Shown one piece after another: positions 37,481 to 50,990 of a stretch of 64,000 bases of DNA (positions are counted from its first letter, which is position 1; each line of letters opens with the position of its first letter). The DNA comes from Podarcis vaucheri (lineage: Eukaryota). The stretch lies in assembly GCA_965113315.1 (NCBI GenBank), contig OZ220368.1; one strand, 5' to 3'. The notes beneath the pieces were generated by a model. That model did no database searches, was not told the DNA's origin, and saw only the letters and a list, made by a program, of their open reading frames with translations. The translations under genes were made by a program, and so were the position numbers.

Positions 37481-40209
37481 AACCTGATGAGAAGCAGTGA
37501 GAGGCAGAAGACAGGGATGGAAACGTCCTCAACTTAATGGGTGTTAATCTAAGACTACTAGCAAAGCATTGGCACTCATTTACCCTAACCCTTATCTGAG
37601 CATGCAAACCTGAGCACTATGTACAATGCTAAACAACTGAATATCAGAGGTGAAAATACTGTAGCTAAAAAGAGACAGCATTAATTCAGAGGGGGGAGGG
37701 AAGCTAAGGGACTGTGCTGCCCTATTGTAATATTGTGAAACCCCTAATACACCATGTTTTTTGTAACCTTTTGAGGGCTCTAAACTGCGCAGAGATGACA
37801 TGTCAGAGCTGGAACGGTTTAACAGTATTCTTGTTTTTGTTCTTTTTGCTTGTCTGCTTTCACATGAAAAGACCGAACACTCACATGTAGCTGTTCTCAA
37901 CCTGGACAGTCATGAACTTAGATTTGAAGTATGCTGATCATTAATTTGGAATCTACAAGCTAAATACTCAGTGCATGTTCCAATATTCACTATTTCTTCC
38001 TCTGTGTAGAGGTGTCTGTGAAGAATTTTGAACAGACATCCAGAGAAATAATTTATGTGCATGCATGTGTTTGTGTGTGCTTATGTGTATACGTTTGTAA
38101 GAGAAGATGGGTGCAGGTTTCGTCAAGCTGTCCAGTTACACAGTACTGCAAGGAGAGGGATTTGGTATAAGTCTTCTTAAAGACAGAGGGTCAAACTAAA
38201 CATGACATTATTCATGTTGGAAGCTCATGTGTGGCTGGTTTTTTTAAATAAAGAAATAAACAGCTAGCTAGCTGGCACAGGGGTCCCAGAGGTGGGTTGG
38301 CTGTGCTGGGACGGGAATTTTTAACTTTTGTCCCCATTAGGGAATGAAACAGATAGGATACATCCCACCCCTGATTTGGAGCAAGACCACAGTGGGATGA
38401 AGACCTTCCTCCTACTGCCCCGATGCCACAGCCCTGATCTGGCTCAGACATCCCATGTCAGCCAGGAAAAAAATAGCCATACAGAGACTAAAGATACAAA
38501 AAAATCACATGTAGTTTGGCCCAAAGCTTGCATTGGAGGAAGTCTGTAACATGCCTGATAGATAAATCTTGACTCACGGGTTTGTCTTGTTATTTTTGGG
38601 GTGCAGGACTATGCAGAAAATTTATTTGCTTCTTTAAATAAAGCATTATGCATTACAAAGTAAGCATTATCATGTTACCTTTTCTTTTTCTAAGGGACTT
38701 GTAAATAGTAAGCCAGAACAAGAAGATGCAATTATCAACAAATATTCATATTAAATCAAATTCAAAATATGCTTCTTCAAATTAAGCTCTGAATTTGATT
38801 CATGAATCAGAAAAGACTCTTGATTCATTTCACTTCTGCACAGAGCAACTGAAAATAGCTTTGTAATGAAATGAGCAGTAGGCAATATACATATTGAAAT
38901 ACAGCTATTTTTAAAGGAGTAAAATTACTACATGTTAAAAGAGTTCTGCCTAGGCAGTGCTGTGCAGAGCATCCTTCTGTTAACTGCAAAAGAAACATTT
39001 TTTTCTCTGTAGATAGGAAAACCCAAACCAGCAGGGCATATCCACACTTGTCTCCCTAAAACAGCATGAAAAAAACGATCTGAAATCTGAAAATAACATT
39101 TGCATTTATTTTTTTTAACTACTGTCTTGTCCTACACAACCCAACGAAACAGAAACATTGTGGCTTTTGAATAGCTTGGAATTGGATTCACTGCTTCTTT
39201 CTGGGAATTTAGGAATAGAAATAGTGATCTTAATGTAAAGGTGACTTTATGAAACAAAGCTGTTTTTGTTAGGTAGGGACAATACACTCCTCAAAGTGCC
39301 ACAAGAAGGATGGTTTCAATGAGCCACCAATGATAGACACATGAGAACAGGGCACTAAAGCTCAGCAGACACAGTAGGATTCCAATTCCTACCCACGGCA
39401 CAAAAAAAAAAAAGCCACAACAAGCATCTGCTTCACAATGGCACAGGGATACATAGCAAGAATGGAAAGAAAAGATGATCTGTGTTCGGCCTTTAACTGA
39501 TGCGCAGAAAGATCAATACTGTGACTCAGTATTGAGTACTATCCAGATGCAAACTGCTGTATACATTTACATACAGTGTTAAGTGCATTAATGGGGGGGG
39601 GAGAGAGAGTTGGTGCTGCCTATTTCTGACACAGCTGATTCCGTCAATTTTTTTTAGTGGGCAAATGCTACTAATCCTATACCGTTCATTTCTTGCTATG
39701 TGTATGCCCCTACACCAAAAAGAACGCTGCAATTATTTTTAATATTTTAAGTTTGAAGATACAGTATTAAAAAACATTAACGTCACATTTATAACAAATG
39801 GAGGCACAATCAATGCATTGCTGAAGTTTACTGTTAGAAGCAACAGACTTCCTCTAATGGAAAATATGAGACCAAGGTTGACTTTATTTTGAACGACAGC
39901 ATTATGGAGGAGAAAACAAAAGCTTTTCAGAAACTGGATGAATCAGCTCTTTAGATCCACGGCAGGCATTTCAAGGCTTGTCGACTGGGCTGCCAAAGAT
40001 GTTATGGTCTGCTGATGAATGGAGACTCATCATGGATAGGTTGTTACTGTGGATGATGGGGTTGTTTTGGGGTGGGAGTAGACACTGCTTACCCGCTGAT
40101 TAGAGTATCACTTGATTATTATTATTATTTTAAGAATCAAACAATGAGATTCTGTACATTAAAAAAGAATGAATGTGTAATTTTACGGAAGTATTCATTA
40201 CTTGCAAAA

Positions 40210-40500
40210 GTTTTTTGTGCGCCTCCTTCACAAGAGGTCTGGAGGGTGGCAACATGAGAACGGGTTCCCAGTTTGTGGATTGCTCTCCTCAAGGACTTGT
40301 TGCATTTCTTTAGGCACCAGGCGAAAATGTCCCCGTCCCCCCCCCCAGGCCCTTGGCTAATTACTTTTTGTGGGAGTGGGTTTATTGGTTTGCTTCTGTT
40401 TTATTATGTCTTTTGTGCTCTGGTTTTGTATTTTTATGTTGTGAACTGTCCTATGATCTTCGGATGAAGGGCTGCTTACAAATATAATAAATAATAACAA
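40210..40500 (+). mobile_element. L2-like LINE 3' fragment
   Basis: Ends TGTGAACTGTCCTATGATCTTCGGATGAAGGGC...AAATATAATAAATAATAA; inverted related end at 61825-61895. Confidence 0.6.
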
Positions 40501-41043
40501 CAACAATGATCTTCAAACTGAAAATAAAAATGAAATAAAAGCAAACATTGCTGTATCAAGTAACTGGGGAAATAACTCCTGGATATTTCCACGGTATTGT
40601 ATGGCTGTGAACCACTGTCACCACAGCAGGTAGCTGTTTCAAACTGTTGGAAGATTAAAATTGAAGTCAGTGGTTTCTTTAGAAAACTGCAAGCCAAGCC
40701 AATTTGTCAGGAACCGGTATTGGGCAAAAGTACAAATTTCTATCTCGTCTTTTGAATAGCTAATTCAAGTTTGTTTTGTGGGGGGGGGGGAATAAAACCC
40801 TAGTACCCTTAAAAGCCAAACACTTAAGAACACAGGCAGCCACTTGGCCAGCATCACACGATGGCTCCTTTCCACACTTTGCTGAAGCTAATTGGAAGGC
40901 CTAGTTTGAAAGTGCTCTGCATGCATAATAGTTCTCAGGCCCGAAACCTATGCTCTTTTTGTGCATCTTGGACTGCCACAGCATCAATTGTGAAGGCTAG
41001 AGGAAGTGAACAAGAACAGCAACAAAAAAAACTGTATACTTAC

Positions 41044-41153
41044 TGTAAGGGACACATTCATATTGTACTTCGAGGTATTTGTATGTTCCAGGACAAGGAT
41101 CAGGAAACACATCTGACCCGGTAACTACTATACACTGTGTTCTGTTGTTGCAC
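41044..41153 (-). CDS. ADGRL2: ADGRL2 exon, lectin domain C-part (110 nt)
   Basis: Not in the ORF track. ccccag|GTGCAACAAC...CCCTTACA|gtaagt encodes [36 protein letters not shown]. Confidence 0.97.
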
Positions 41154-43689
41154 CTGGGGCAGGAGAAGGAGAAGGATGTGTGTTAATTTCAAAATCAGAA
41201 TTAATTTACAAAGTTCACGGCAACCATATTTAGGCAATCAGGCAGCACTGCATTTGAATTAGACCACAAAGAGGTTGTGGGCTAGAGGTATTTTTAGTTC
41301 AAACTCATAATAATTTTGCAGAACTTTTAGTAATCGGTACCAGAAGTAATTTCAGACAGTAAAGGCTAAAGGCTTATTTTAATTATCTTGGATACTGCTA
41401 TAACCCCTCTCTCCATTCTGGCAACTTGCAGGGTACCTTACATGAATCCTAAAACAATGTAATAAATCTAATTAACAAAATATAACCCATCATGGGGGGG
41501 ACATAAAAAATCCTAAACATACCTACTCAGACATAAGCTCCACCAAGTTCAATGGAATGTATTCCTATGTAAGTTATCATAAACCTTTGTAAGAAAATAA
41601 TGCTTCTTAAAGCAACTTGCTATAAATTACAGTAAAACAAAAGGGCTTCATCCAGCCCAAATTAAGCATTTTTTAAGTTTCATTGATTTTAATGAGTTAA
41701 TTGCTCATGCTGAGCAGACTAGCACAATTCTATGGATATTTGCTATCACAAGCAACTTCCACGATGTTCAACAAAACTTACTCCCAAGTAAGTGTGTCTA
41801 CAATTACAGCCTTCTTTTTAAAGTATTTAACAGACAGAGAGAGACAGAAAGAAAGAAAGAAACTACCTAATTTACCTGCTGTTAGGAAGTTGACAATCAA
41901 TTTTTCATAGTTGAAAGCTACTGATTTGTACAGTTTGGCACTTTGCAAACAAATATATTAAGACGGGATTTGTATTTTACGGCTCGGTACTTTAAAATGG
42001 ATTGATTTTGATCTGGCTCAAGCAGCACTAGTCAAAACCAAAAAAGTGGTTGAAAGAAAATGACTTTCAGCCTTTTTTCCCTCTGAAAGCAAAGGAAGGA
42101 GGAAAATAAAAGGTCAGAAACAGTTTGGTGACTAAAAACAAGGAAAGCTTGGCTGATCTCCTGGGTGAGTTCTGTTTGTCAGTAAAGTGAAGGAAAGGAA
42201 GCCAGGTCTTAAAATAATAGTCTAGCCTTTGACTCCAGCCGTACATCAATCCTTGTGCTACTAGCACTTCCCACACTACTGAATACCCCTTGCACAAGTT
42301 GAAGAGATCTGTCTTGTGTCAGGGAACCCCTGACATCTGTCCCCTGCCAACAGGTGCAAGATCAAGCTGAAATTTCAGTTCACGCAGCTGGAAGAATATT
42401 AAAGACAGCCCAACTTGAGTTGTCCTTCCAGCAAATAAATCACAAATCTACTTGAATTTTTGGTTGGTAGCTTTGGAAGAAACATTCAGGAAATGTCAAC
42501 AGCAACGGGAAGGACCCAGGTTCCATGCACAACAGATAAGATCATGGGAACCAAGTCTCAGACTAAGCAGAAAACTTCTAGTCTTTTTTTTTTAACCTTT
42601 TTTTGCAATAATGCTGATGGCTGTCGGTTCTGTCCTAACTATTGCAACTGAAACTATTGTGTATTTTGAGATTCCTCACAAGTGCAGAAAGAACTGCATT
42701 ACTGGACATAGAATTCAGCTTCCTGCAACTGCCAGCTTCTTCTTCTTTTTAAAGCAAGTTGCCAGCCTTTATGACACTATATAAATGCTTGAAAGTGGCT
42801 AGGGAATGGGTGATGAAATCTCAGCACTCAGAACGATGGCTCAACAAGGCTTCCAGTGGGCAAAGGGTAACCCTCCGTGGTAACTTGTCCTTTTATGCAA
42901 GAGCAGAATACATGATGTGAAATGTGAAGATATGTGTGATTCAAGTAGATCGCATAATTTGACTTTGCATTTTTTTTTAAAAAAAAAGACTAGCTGGAGC
43001 TGACAAATAGCTGTCATTGGTAGTAGTAGCTGCCTGCGGACTGTCCACTTCTATTTTTTATCAGTATTTTTAGACGACATCCTGCAGAAAATTACCGATG
43101 ACAGCATTATAGTTGTGTATATTTCAGCTTTACAGCTCTAAAATGATACTTTCGTGAGAATGATAATGCCACAGTATCTCATACACTGAACACATTCAGT
43201 AGGCAATGTACTTATTTCATAGCCTGCATATGAATTTTCTAACTGTGCATACTGGTTGCTAGTATGTGATAATTTGTATAAAATACTATCTTAACTGGGA
43301 ACAGGATATGTGTGCCTAATTTTGAACATTTGCATGCCTCGTGAGTAAAAAGAAACCCACAAAACAATTGCCAGCTGCCCAAGGAATTTCTACCAAAGTG
43401 TGGGACATAAACCCCTGTGATAAATAATAAAATGAATGAATAATGGGAAATGTGGAACTAACTTGAATCTACATTTAAATCTCTGTTTTATGGTAAAATC
43501 GTATTCAAGGCAACTAAATCAACACTGAAATCAACAAAGAGATTAAATTACGATTTGAAACAAAGGGCTGTATCCAACAAAGCCATTGTGTGACTAGAAC
43601 TTCTACTCCTTCTCCGCCTGCTCTCTCCCAAATCTCCTCCATGGGTTTCCCCAAAGCTCACAAAATGACTTAACTGGATTCAACACAAC

Positions 43690-43985
43690 GGCTGCTAGGG
43701 TCTTGGGCTTGCTGATCAGAAGGTCAGCGGTTCCAATCCATGCAATGGGATGAGTAGATAAATAGGCACCATTGGGGCGGGAAGGTAAACGGCATTTCCA
43801 TGTGCTCTAGCTTCCGTCACGGTGTCCCGTTGTGCCAGTAGCGGTTTAGTCATGCTGGCCACATGATCCAGAAAGCTGTCTGTGGACAAATGCCTGCTCC
43901 CTTGGCCTGAAGCAAGATGAGTGCTGCACCCCGTAGCCGCCTTCGACTAGACAAACATCCAGGGGTCCTTTACCGTACCCTTACT
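43690..43985 (+). mobile_element. Sauria/Squam1-type SINE, diverged and internally deleted
   Basis: Shares GGGCTTGCTGATCAGAAGGTC, GGGAAGGTAAACGGC, GCTGGCCACATGA and the GGGGTCCTTTACC tail with 4835. Confidence 0.85.
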
Positions 43986-44763
43986 TGTGTTCATCATATT
44001 GCTCACCACATCTCCCTAAATATTGACCGGGTTTCCTCACAATTCTCTAGAGCAGATTTAAGGGCCATGTGGGAAAAGGGGGGGGAGAGAGATTCAATTT
44101 TGTAGCCAAAAGCACTTGCGTTAGCAGGACTGTTGTTTGTCAAATGATATACTAAAGGTCATATTTGTGATTTATTTTGGCAAAGAAACATCTTGGTGGA
44201 AGCTTAATAGGACTTTATTTTGGACGGCACGAATGCAGCATATAATTGGCTATGATCCAAAAGTGTACAGGTAGATAACAGCCACTGGCAAATTATAATA
44301 AACCAGCACACATCGTTCATCTGTGGTGAAGTTCCTTTTTTCTTTTTCTTCTTCAATGGGACAATGTAGAGATTCTTGCAGTGTGTGCATGTGTTGGATA
44401 GGGTGGCCGGCTGTCCCTTATTCTAAGTACCAGCTTTTATTCCAGAGTAATACAGCCCACAATTAACAGTCCTTCATTTTAGAAGGCTAATTAACTGATT
44501 CTGTCAAAAGCTGTAATTGTTGCACTTAAAATTCCTGTGCTTCTGAGATATATGTATACGGCTATTTGAGGAGCGAAGTAGAGGAAGGGGCATGTAAATT
44601 GCCACTTATATTTGGGGGGGGGGAGAGATAGTTATGTCTGCATACAAACCTCTCTTTCTGCCCACCTCCCACTTGTGAGGAGAATGCAGGAATATGCCTG
44701 TGCTTTTATGACAGTATTCACTGTCAGATAGCATTCTATTGAAGAGATAATGTAAGACCACAA

Positions 44764-44765
<2 letters not shown>

Positions 44766-44798
<33 letters not shown>
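44766..44798 (+). repeat. (TG)n microsatellite
   Basis: Read directly. Confidence 0.92.
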
Positions 44799-44800
<2 letters not shown>

Positions 44801-46673
44801 GAATTTACAATTCTTTTTACATCTTCCCAATATGTATAGCGACACTGAGGGAATCTGAAATCAAACGTGGCCAGCTAATTAACAGCTCCAGAGAGATGGT
44901 GAACTTGGCTCACCTCATTTGACTGATTGGGCAAAAGCAGGCCTGTGCTTTTTTGCACATCAGATAAAGAGAAGGGGGTGAGGGAGTCGAACCAATGCAT
45001 GAGGCAATTTTTCATTTTCCTAACTACCGTTACATGGGCCCACTTCATGTTTATCCCTGTGTACTGTGCAAGTTTGTCCTCGTGTGCTTGGCTTTAAAAG
45101 CAGTCCTTGTTCTCATTCTAATTTGTTTGCGTTCCCGCTGTAATCTTGACTCGTACAATTCCCAACAAATTGCTTTAGCTCTTCTTTTGATTATCTTATG
45201 CTCATTATTACACTTTACCAAGTGAAAAGTATGGAGATGAGATTCCATGTGTAATCTATTTGTGTGAGGTGTTTTAATCAATAGTCTTGCTCTGCTGATT
45301 AAGCAGAGGCTTCTGTTTTGGCAAGATAACATTAGTTTCTCCTGTCATGCTCCAAAAGCCATTGGGGATCTTCAGCAGATCATTAGATATGCTACAATAA
45401 AGCTTTGGTACATTCCCTTTTCTTCCTTAAATTACTTCTTCACTGTCCTATCATTCCCCGTCACCATTGGCACTGCGTTATTATTACAGCTCCCCTGAAA
45501 CTTGCACTAGAGCTATGTCTCCGGGCCATAGGATGCCATTTTCAATTGAGGCTTCTGCTTGAAAATATAAATTAAGAAAATTTCATTATCTCCTGCCAGG
45601 GGCCATTATTCACCACTGTTCTAGGGAAGATTAAAAATGCAAAATCTATGGTCTTGAACAAATACTCCAAGATTAAAATGAAAGGTTTGGTATAGCATGA
45701 CAAGCCTGGCACGCATAGAGGAGCTAGATGTAGTACTGGATATGGAGAGGAAAACTGAACACTGGAGTGGTCAGAATACACACACAAACAAACACACACA
45801 CACACAAAAGTGGGAGGAGATGGTTGTGGTAGATAAAAAGCAAACTCTGCTTACAGTAGTCAGACTAATGCAGCGTGATCCAGCCTAACCTGTCCATTAT
45901 ACTGCCATTAAATTGGCAATACATGTGAGAGAGTTTTTGCATGGGCAGAGGATGGGTCAAGGAGAGTGAGAGATGTGGTTTGCAGTGCATGGGCCATCTA
46001 CAGTGGCGTCTTGGGTTGCACATGGAGTAGCAGCAAAGACAGCAGGGCCCGTGCATAAGCCAGCAACTTTAACACTGCAGGAGAAATGAGGATGCAGTTT
46101 TCCTTAAATGTTTAATAACTAATGATTTGTTGAATCTTATTAATTACTAAATAAACATAACATTAGGAAGCTAAATGTGGCACAATTAATATGGCAAAGA
46201 AGGTGTTTCACAGTAATGATCCCATTTGTCACAATTAATGTAATAAGTAATGCTTGTGGCAGTTATTTTTAAATGCAATACAAATAAAAAAAATACAACT
46301 ATCTTCTATTTGGTTAGTTCTGTAAAATCAATGAAGGGATTCAAATTAATTTGAAAGTAAATAACTTAATTTAATTATGCATCTATATGAATCCAATGAA
46401 TGCAAATGGAACCCAATGGACACAATCCACCAAATATTACTTAGTGCATAAAGCCACCTTCAGGTTCCACTGTGAAAGGAATGACATGCACACCGTGAAA
46501 CTAGCTTCCCATCTAGTGATGTGATATGCCAGACATGCAACAATTTACAGCTTACTAAATCCACCAATCCATTAATATATCAATATGGGCAAAACAATAA
46601 ATATATAAAGCACAGAGAACAAATACATCCAACAATTTTAAACAAAACAAAACAAAACACTGGAAACAAAGTA

Positions 46674-46915
46674 CAGTGGTACCTCAGGTTAAGTACTTAA
46701 TTCGTTCCGGAGGTCTGTACTTGACCTGAAACTGTTCTTAACCTGAAGCACCACTTTCGCTAATGGGGCCTCCTGCTGCCGCCGCGCCGCCAGAGCACGA
46801 TTTCTGTTCTCATCCTGAAGCAAAGTTCTTAACCTGAAGCACTATTTCTGGGTTAGCAGAGTCTGTAACCTGAAGCGTATGTAACCTGAAGCATATGTAA
46901 CCTGAGGTATCACTG
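46674..46915 (+). mobile_element. Tc1/mariner (Tigger-like) MITE
   Basis: Same family as 24962 and 26163; TA flanks. Confidence 0.9.
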
Positions 46916-47131
46916 TAGTACATGATGTGACAGTGGGTGACCTATGTATGCTTTCAAACTGGTTCCCTTTACACATTTCAGACTACAACTCCCATTAGCC
47001 CCAGCCATTTTGGCCAATGGTCAGTGATGAAAGGGAGTTGTAGTCCAGAACGTCTAGACTACAGCTACTTGGAGAAATCTGATGTAAAGGCATGTTCCAC
47101 TGAAATTAGTAAGCCATACTTCCATAAGGTG

Positions 47132-47512
47132 GATGTGGGTAGCGTGGTGGTCTAACCACTGAGCCTCTTGGGCTTGCCGATCAGAAGGTCGGCAGTTCGA
47201 ATCCCCACAACGGGGTGAGCTCCCGTTGCTCAGTCCCTGCTCCTGCCAACCTAGCAGTTCGAAAGCACATCAAAGTGCATGTAGATAAATAGGTACTGCT
47301 CCAGCGGGAAGGTAAACGGCGTTTCTGTGCGCTGCTCTGGTTTTGGTGTTCTGTTGTGCCAAAAGCGGCTTAGTCATGCTGGCCACATGACCCAGAAAAA
47401 CTGACTGTGGACAAATGCCGGCTGCCTCAGCCTGTAAAGCGAGATGAGTGCTGAAACCCCAGAGTTGTCTGCGACTGGACTTAACTCTCAGGGGTCCTTT
47501 ACCTTTAACTTC
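47132..47512 (+). mobile_element. Full-length Sauria/Squam1-type SINE
   Basis: GTTCGAATCC B box, ACCTTT tail, 14-bp TSD ACTTCCATAAGGTG at 47118-47131 and 47513-47526. Confidence 0.92.
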
Positions 47513-48868
47513 ACTTCCATAAGGTGTGCTCACAACTGGCATAAAAGAAAGATCCAGCAGATTTGGTAATAAACACTTGTATACCACTAATTATTCTTTT
47601 ATTTCAAATGTGCACAAAAGGGTTACAAGTTTTACCATGTCAGAATGTTCTTACTGCTTTCTAGTTTTAATGTGATACCCCAAATAACAACTTGTGCAAG
47701 GGAGTACACAAACAACAATATGTGGGATGTATTTTCTTTATATAACATAATTTGCATAGATTTTAAATACAATTAAAACTGCCTTTGAAAGCTCCTTTAA
47801 TTAGCAAAATAAGCATATTTTTTAAAAAAAATATAACACCAGTAATTTGTTAATAAAACCTCTGATATGTTAGAAGCCTTGATAATTCTGAGCAATTTTA
47901 CAAGACCTTTGGGTCAGTTTAATGCAAATTAGGCCTGACTCGCTCAGAGTCTTATTAATCCAACCCAACTTTCTCGTTTGCAGAATTGCACATTCAACAT
48001 AAAAGTGGCTTCATTTTAGGAGCAAAATAAGACATATTTATTTACGAAGCAGGCCACTGAGGCTCTCTTAATTTCAAAGGGTCATCATGTCTCAACATAA
48101 TGCAGGGGAAACATTATTGCAGATACATACAGCGAATAAATGTGTGCGCACACTTATTTATTTAAGCATTTACTGGATGCCTACAGTTTCCAAACTTCTT
48201 GTGGGATAATTACAATGTATCTCTATATGTTGGGGCCAGTGTCAATTAGGACCAATTACTTATGAAAACGTTCACCTACTGCAGTTTTTGCATACAGAAA
48301 CAATCACTTTCCATTTTGACAAGGGAAATGGGAAATCGCTATGGGATGTCCTAGTTAAGATTTAAATTAGCAAGAAAGTTGTTACCAGGACATATAGAAG
48401 ATGCAGCATAATAAGACATGACCTTGTAAGAACCTCGGAATCTGCACCCTTCTTCCAAAAACTTGTTAATTATCTGCAAAAGTTACCAGTCTATTTGTGG
48501 CATAATACTTTTCTTTTGGGGAGCGAGGGATGAAGAAGGGTAGGGATGGACTTTTAAATATTTAATTAGTGGCATGATATGCGGATAGCGGCAAGCATTT
48601 TGCTTCTTGAGCCACGCTCTTCCTAATTGCAAGCTCGCATTTAGATTGGCCATCGCAAACCTCTGGTGCGTGCAATTATTTATTCCTTAAAGATCTTTCC
48701 ATGGAGAAAAATATTTCACCCTCATGGCTCTGGGTTTGCCTAAATGACTCTCTTAGCCCATTAATTACACTCTCTGAGTATTTCAGTCACTAATGATGCA
48801 AATGAGGGGGGGGAGTCAACACACAAACCTTTGTGTGCAGAATAAGTTGGTTCTTAAGAGTAAATACA

Positions 48869-48870
48869 TT

Positions 48871-48912
<42 letters not shown>
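48869..48912 (+). repeat. (TTTC)n microsatellite
   Basis: Read directly. Confidence 0.92.
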
Positions 48913-48914
<2 letters not shown>

Positions 48915-50731
48915 TTTTAAAGTTACCCCATGAATGGAGGGAACACAGATATCCCCCTTTGTTGTCAATGTGATCTCTGTTTGCATTATATTTACGGCTT
49001 ATAATGGCACAGTCCAACATACAGCGAAACACTAAAAGCAGCCAATATAGCTGGCTAATTTCAAGCCATTCCCAAATGATCTAGATTACTTTCCTTTTGT
49101 TCTTTTCCTCTTTCTTGTCCTGATTAAGATTGCAATCTGAGACCAGTCTGAATCTCTCCCCTGCCCCATACCTTTAGCTTTCCATTTATGGATTTTAAAA
49201 GTACAAATCTCAAACTGGAGACTAATAAGTAAATGAAAAGACTTTTGAGTTGATCTTCCGATTTCCCTATCCCTTCCCCCCCCATGTGGCTTAAAACTTG
49301 CGAGAGAAGTGGTGTGCCCTTGGAAGGATCTTTAATCAAGTCAGTACCGGTGGTGTCATTTTCTATTAAAATGTATCTCTAAAGTTGGTGCTACAAGTGC
49401 TGCGTTGTTGTCCAGGTTTTTTCTTTCTTTTTTGAGAAAGGCTGGATGCCACAAAGGAACAGTTATTCACCAGCCATGGCAATGTCTGGGTACAATTAGC
49501 ATCTTGAAAGTTTGTAAAAGCTTCTGAGTTATAACACTTCCTCTGGAAAATCATTACATTTTTTTGGAACTAAAAAGGCTTAATCTTGTACGGATTAGGT
49601 ACATTACTTCTTTGAATGTGTTCTGCAAGAATCTACCTGACTCCTTCACAATGAATGGCAGGTTTGTATTATAATTAATATTGCTGCAAAAAGCCCCCTC
49701 CCCACTCCACAAGCAAGTTCAGATGTGCGAGAAACCTAAGAGATTTGAGGAGATTCATTGACTCACATTGATCAGCTCCCAGCTAATCTCTAATCAAGTT
49801 GGAAATATTCATAATCTAATCCTTTTATCAAATTGCCTACCACTGCAAAGGCTTCGTGTGTTTGCACAATTAAAAACTCCATGTTAGACATTATGCTGCA
49901 TTACACTAGAAGCAAATCCTTCCCTATTGAAATACGCACTGGTTGACAGCAGGAAGTGGCTGATAAGAGAGGCAACAAGGCATTTCTGATGGCATTCATG
50001 ATAAAGGAACGCTACCTCCTATGTATTTAGTCTTACAGAGCACTCTCCAAAGTGATCCTTAAAATGTGGAACTGCACTGAGAGATCTTTAGACACAAAGA
50101 TGAAGAAATAATCAAAGAACACTAAGTGTATAGCGTTAGTGACATCTCCTCAACCTATCTGTGATACTGGCAGTGCTCTGAAGACTAATACATTTGAAAT
50201 GAGAAATCACCTACAGATCTACATATTTGTATCACAGAATTTACCACCTGAAAGTAAACATCACATGTGCAGTGGCGTGGGGCATGTAGAGAAATGAGTC
50301 CAACCCGCCTCATTTTTGCACATATATGAACAATCCTTCACATAAACCCTAAGGTTGAGGACAGCGCTGTGATTTATGCTGAAACAATAGCTTCTCAGAG
50401 TTCATAAAATGCCTAGATTAAAGACATGTTCAGCATCATTACCCACTCTAGCTAGAAATCACAGCAAGAAAGCCATGCTGGAAGAGCAAGGTTAAAAGAT
50501 AAGCTTTGCACCAACAGCCACTACTAAAATAATATGGGTGGTTTTACACTTACAATGGATACATCTCTGTTAGATGAAATATAGTCCAGTCTGGTGTACC
50601 TGCCTTCCCTAGTTTGGAAATAAGAATAAGGAATCCAGTGAGGGGAGGCTAGCACCGTAGTATAAAAGGATTTTTGGTTACACCATATAAAGGTTTTGAA
50701 TGTTCAGGGACACTGATTGAAGTGCAAAGTA

Positions 50732-50990
50732 CTGTATTTTTCGCTCTATAAGATACACCAGACCACAAGACGCACCTAGTTTTTGGAGGAGGAAAACAAG
50801 AAAAAAAATATTCTGAATCTCAAAAGCCAGAACAGCAAGAGGGATCGCTGCGCAGTGAAAGCAGCAATCCCTCTTGCTGTTCTGGCTTCTGGGATAACTG
50901 CACAGCCTGCATTCGCTCCATAAGACGCACACACATTTCCCCTTACTTTTTAGGAGGAAATAAGTGAGTCTTATAGAGCAAAAAATACGG
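50732..50990. mobile_element. Tc1/mariner-superfamily MITE (second family)
   Basis: TA-CTGTATTTTTCGCTCTATAAGA...TCTTATAGAGCAAAAAATACGG-TA TIRs; internal hairpin at about 50825-50888. Confidence 0.85.
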
